Below, one piece after another: positions 63,370 to 64,000 of a stretch of DNA of 64,000 nucleotides. This stretch comes from Chiloscyllium plagiosum (Eukaryota): NCBI RefSeq assembly GCF_004010195.1, contig NC_057720.1, positions 31,662,831 to 31,726,830 on the forward strand. The letters run 5' to 3'. The notes under the pieces were generated by a model. That model saw only the letters and a list, made by a program, of their open reading frames with translations, ran no database searches and had not been told where the DNA came from. A program made the position numbers and the translations under genes. How positions within the stretch are numbered: position 1 is the stretch's first letter; every line of letters starts with the position of its first letter.

Positions 63370-63670
63370 TTGTACCAAATGCTCCTGGAATAGCGGTGTC
63401 GAGGCAGCTATATCAATGGCAGAGTGGGGACTCCTAGCCTTGTGGGCCTGCTGTGTGGACTCCTCAAATGGTGGCAGGGTGTCAGCTGCAGCAATGGCAG
63501 AACAGGGTCTCCTGTCTGAGGTAGGCATGGAGTGGGACCTTGCAGAAATCCTGGAGCTGTGTTTGGGACCCTGGCCGATCAAGATGAACTCTATTTAAGA
63601 ACTTTCTTTATGGTGACTGACACTTTTCACTGTATCTCCCCAATTATGTGTGAAAATAAATTCATCATTC
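63370..63670 (+). mobile_element. Possible non-autonomous retroelement with Rex1-like 3' tail
   Basis: Ends cacttttcactgta...tgtgaaaataaa. Weak evidence. Confidence 0.3.
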
Positions 63671-64000
63671 AACCATTCTTTCTCATTGACTCTTCCTAAT
63701 CTAGATGGCACACTTCTTTTGAAGGTAAAAAAAAAAATCAGCATTCAGATGTAAAGCATCCTTACTAAGGTGCTCTTTTCCAATAATGTCAGTCAGGGAT
63801 ACCAAAAAACCGTGTTTTCTCAACAGTAATCTTCAAATTATGTGGATTCTTTTGAATGCCACAACATTAGAAGCTCCCTGGATGTTTAATGATATTTCTG
63901 TGGTCTGACATCACCTGAGCAGAGACTAAGTGTAAATGTTTTCCACTTATGGAATGAAAGAGCTTGATATAAATAGCTATGATGCCACATATGAACCATG

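Noticed and set aside
62830..63582. 250-aa ORF
   Set aside because: Chance read-through from a non-coding repeat into a deleted CR1 RT fragment.

Overview
Repeat-dominated vertebrate genomic DNA, most likely from a shark. This is inferred from HE1-type V-SINEs and HER1-type CR1 LINEs. Most ORFs in the track are decayed transposon fragments: CR1/L2 LINEs, Penelope-like elements, Gypsy gag/integrase pieces, a solo LTR and tRNA-derived SINEs. One complete host gene can be reconstructed on the minus strand. It has a 7-nt coding exon 1 (ATG AAA G|GTAAGT, 51179-51173) spliced across a 17.8-kb intron to one large exon (33355-32130). The product is a 410-aa type I membrane protein: signal peptide, about 5 LRRs plus LRRCT, TM, a CCYC palmitoylation-type cluster and a tail with four YxN motifs (LRRC25-like, with a LAT/NTAL-style adaptor tail). 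A transposon-free ETS/RUNX/GATA/octamer-rich region flanks exon 1. A probable terminal exon of a second minus-strand gene (62568-62465) encodes a strongly amphipathic, apolipoprotein-like helix. Many short Penelope-derived insertions with target-site duplications carry minimal hammerhead-ribozyme motifs, including a fold-back copy and a tandem-triplet copy. There is one assembly gap (24931-25239). All calls were made by eye without database searches, so family names are provisional.
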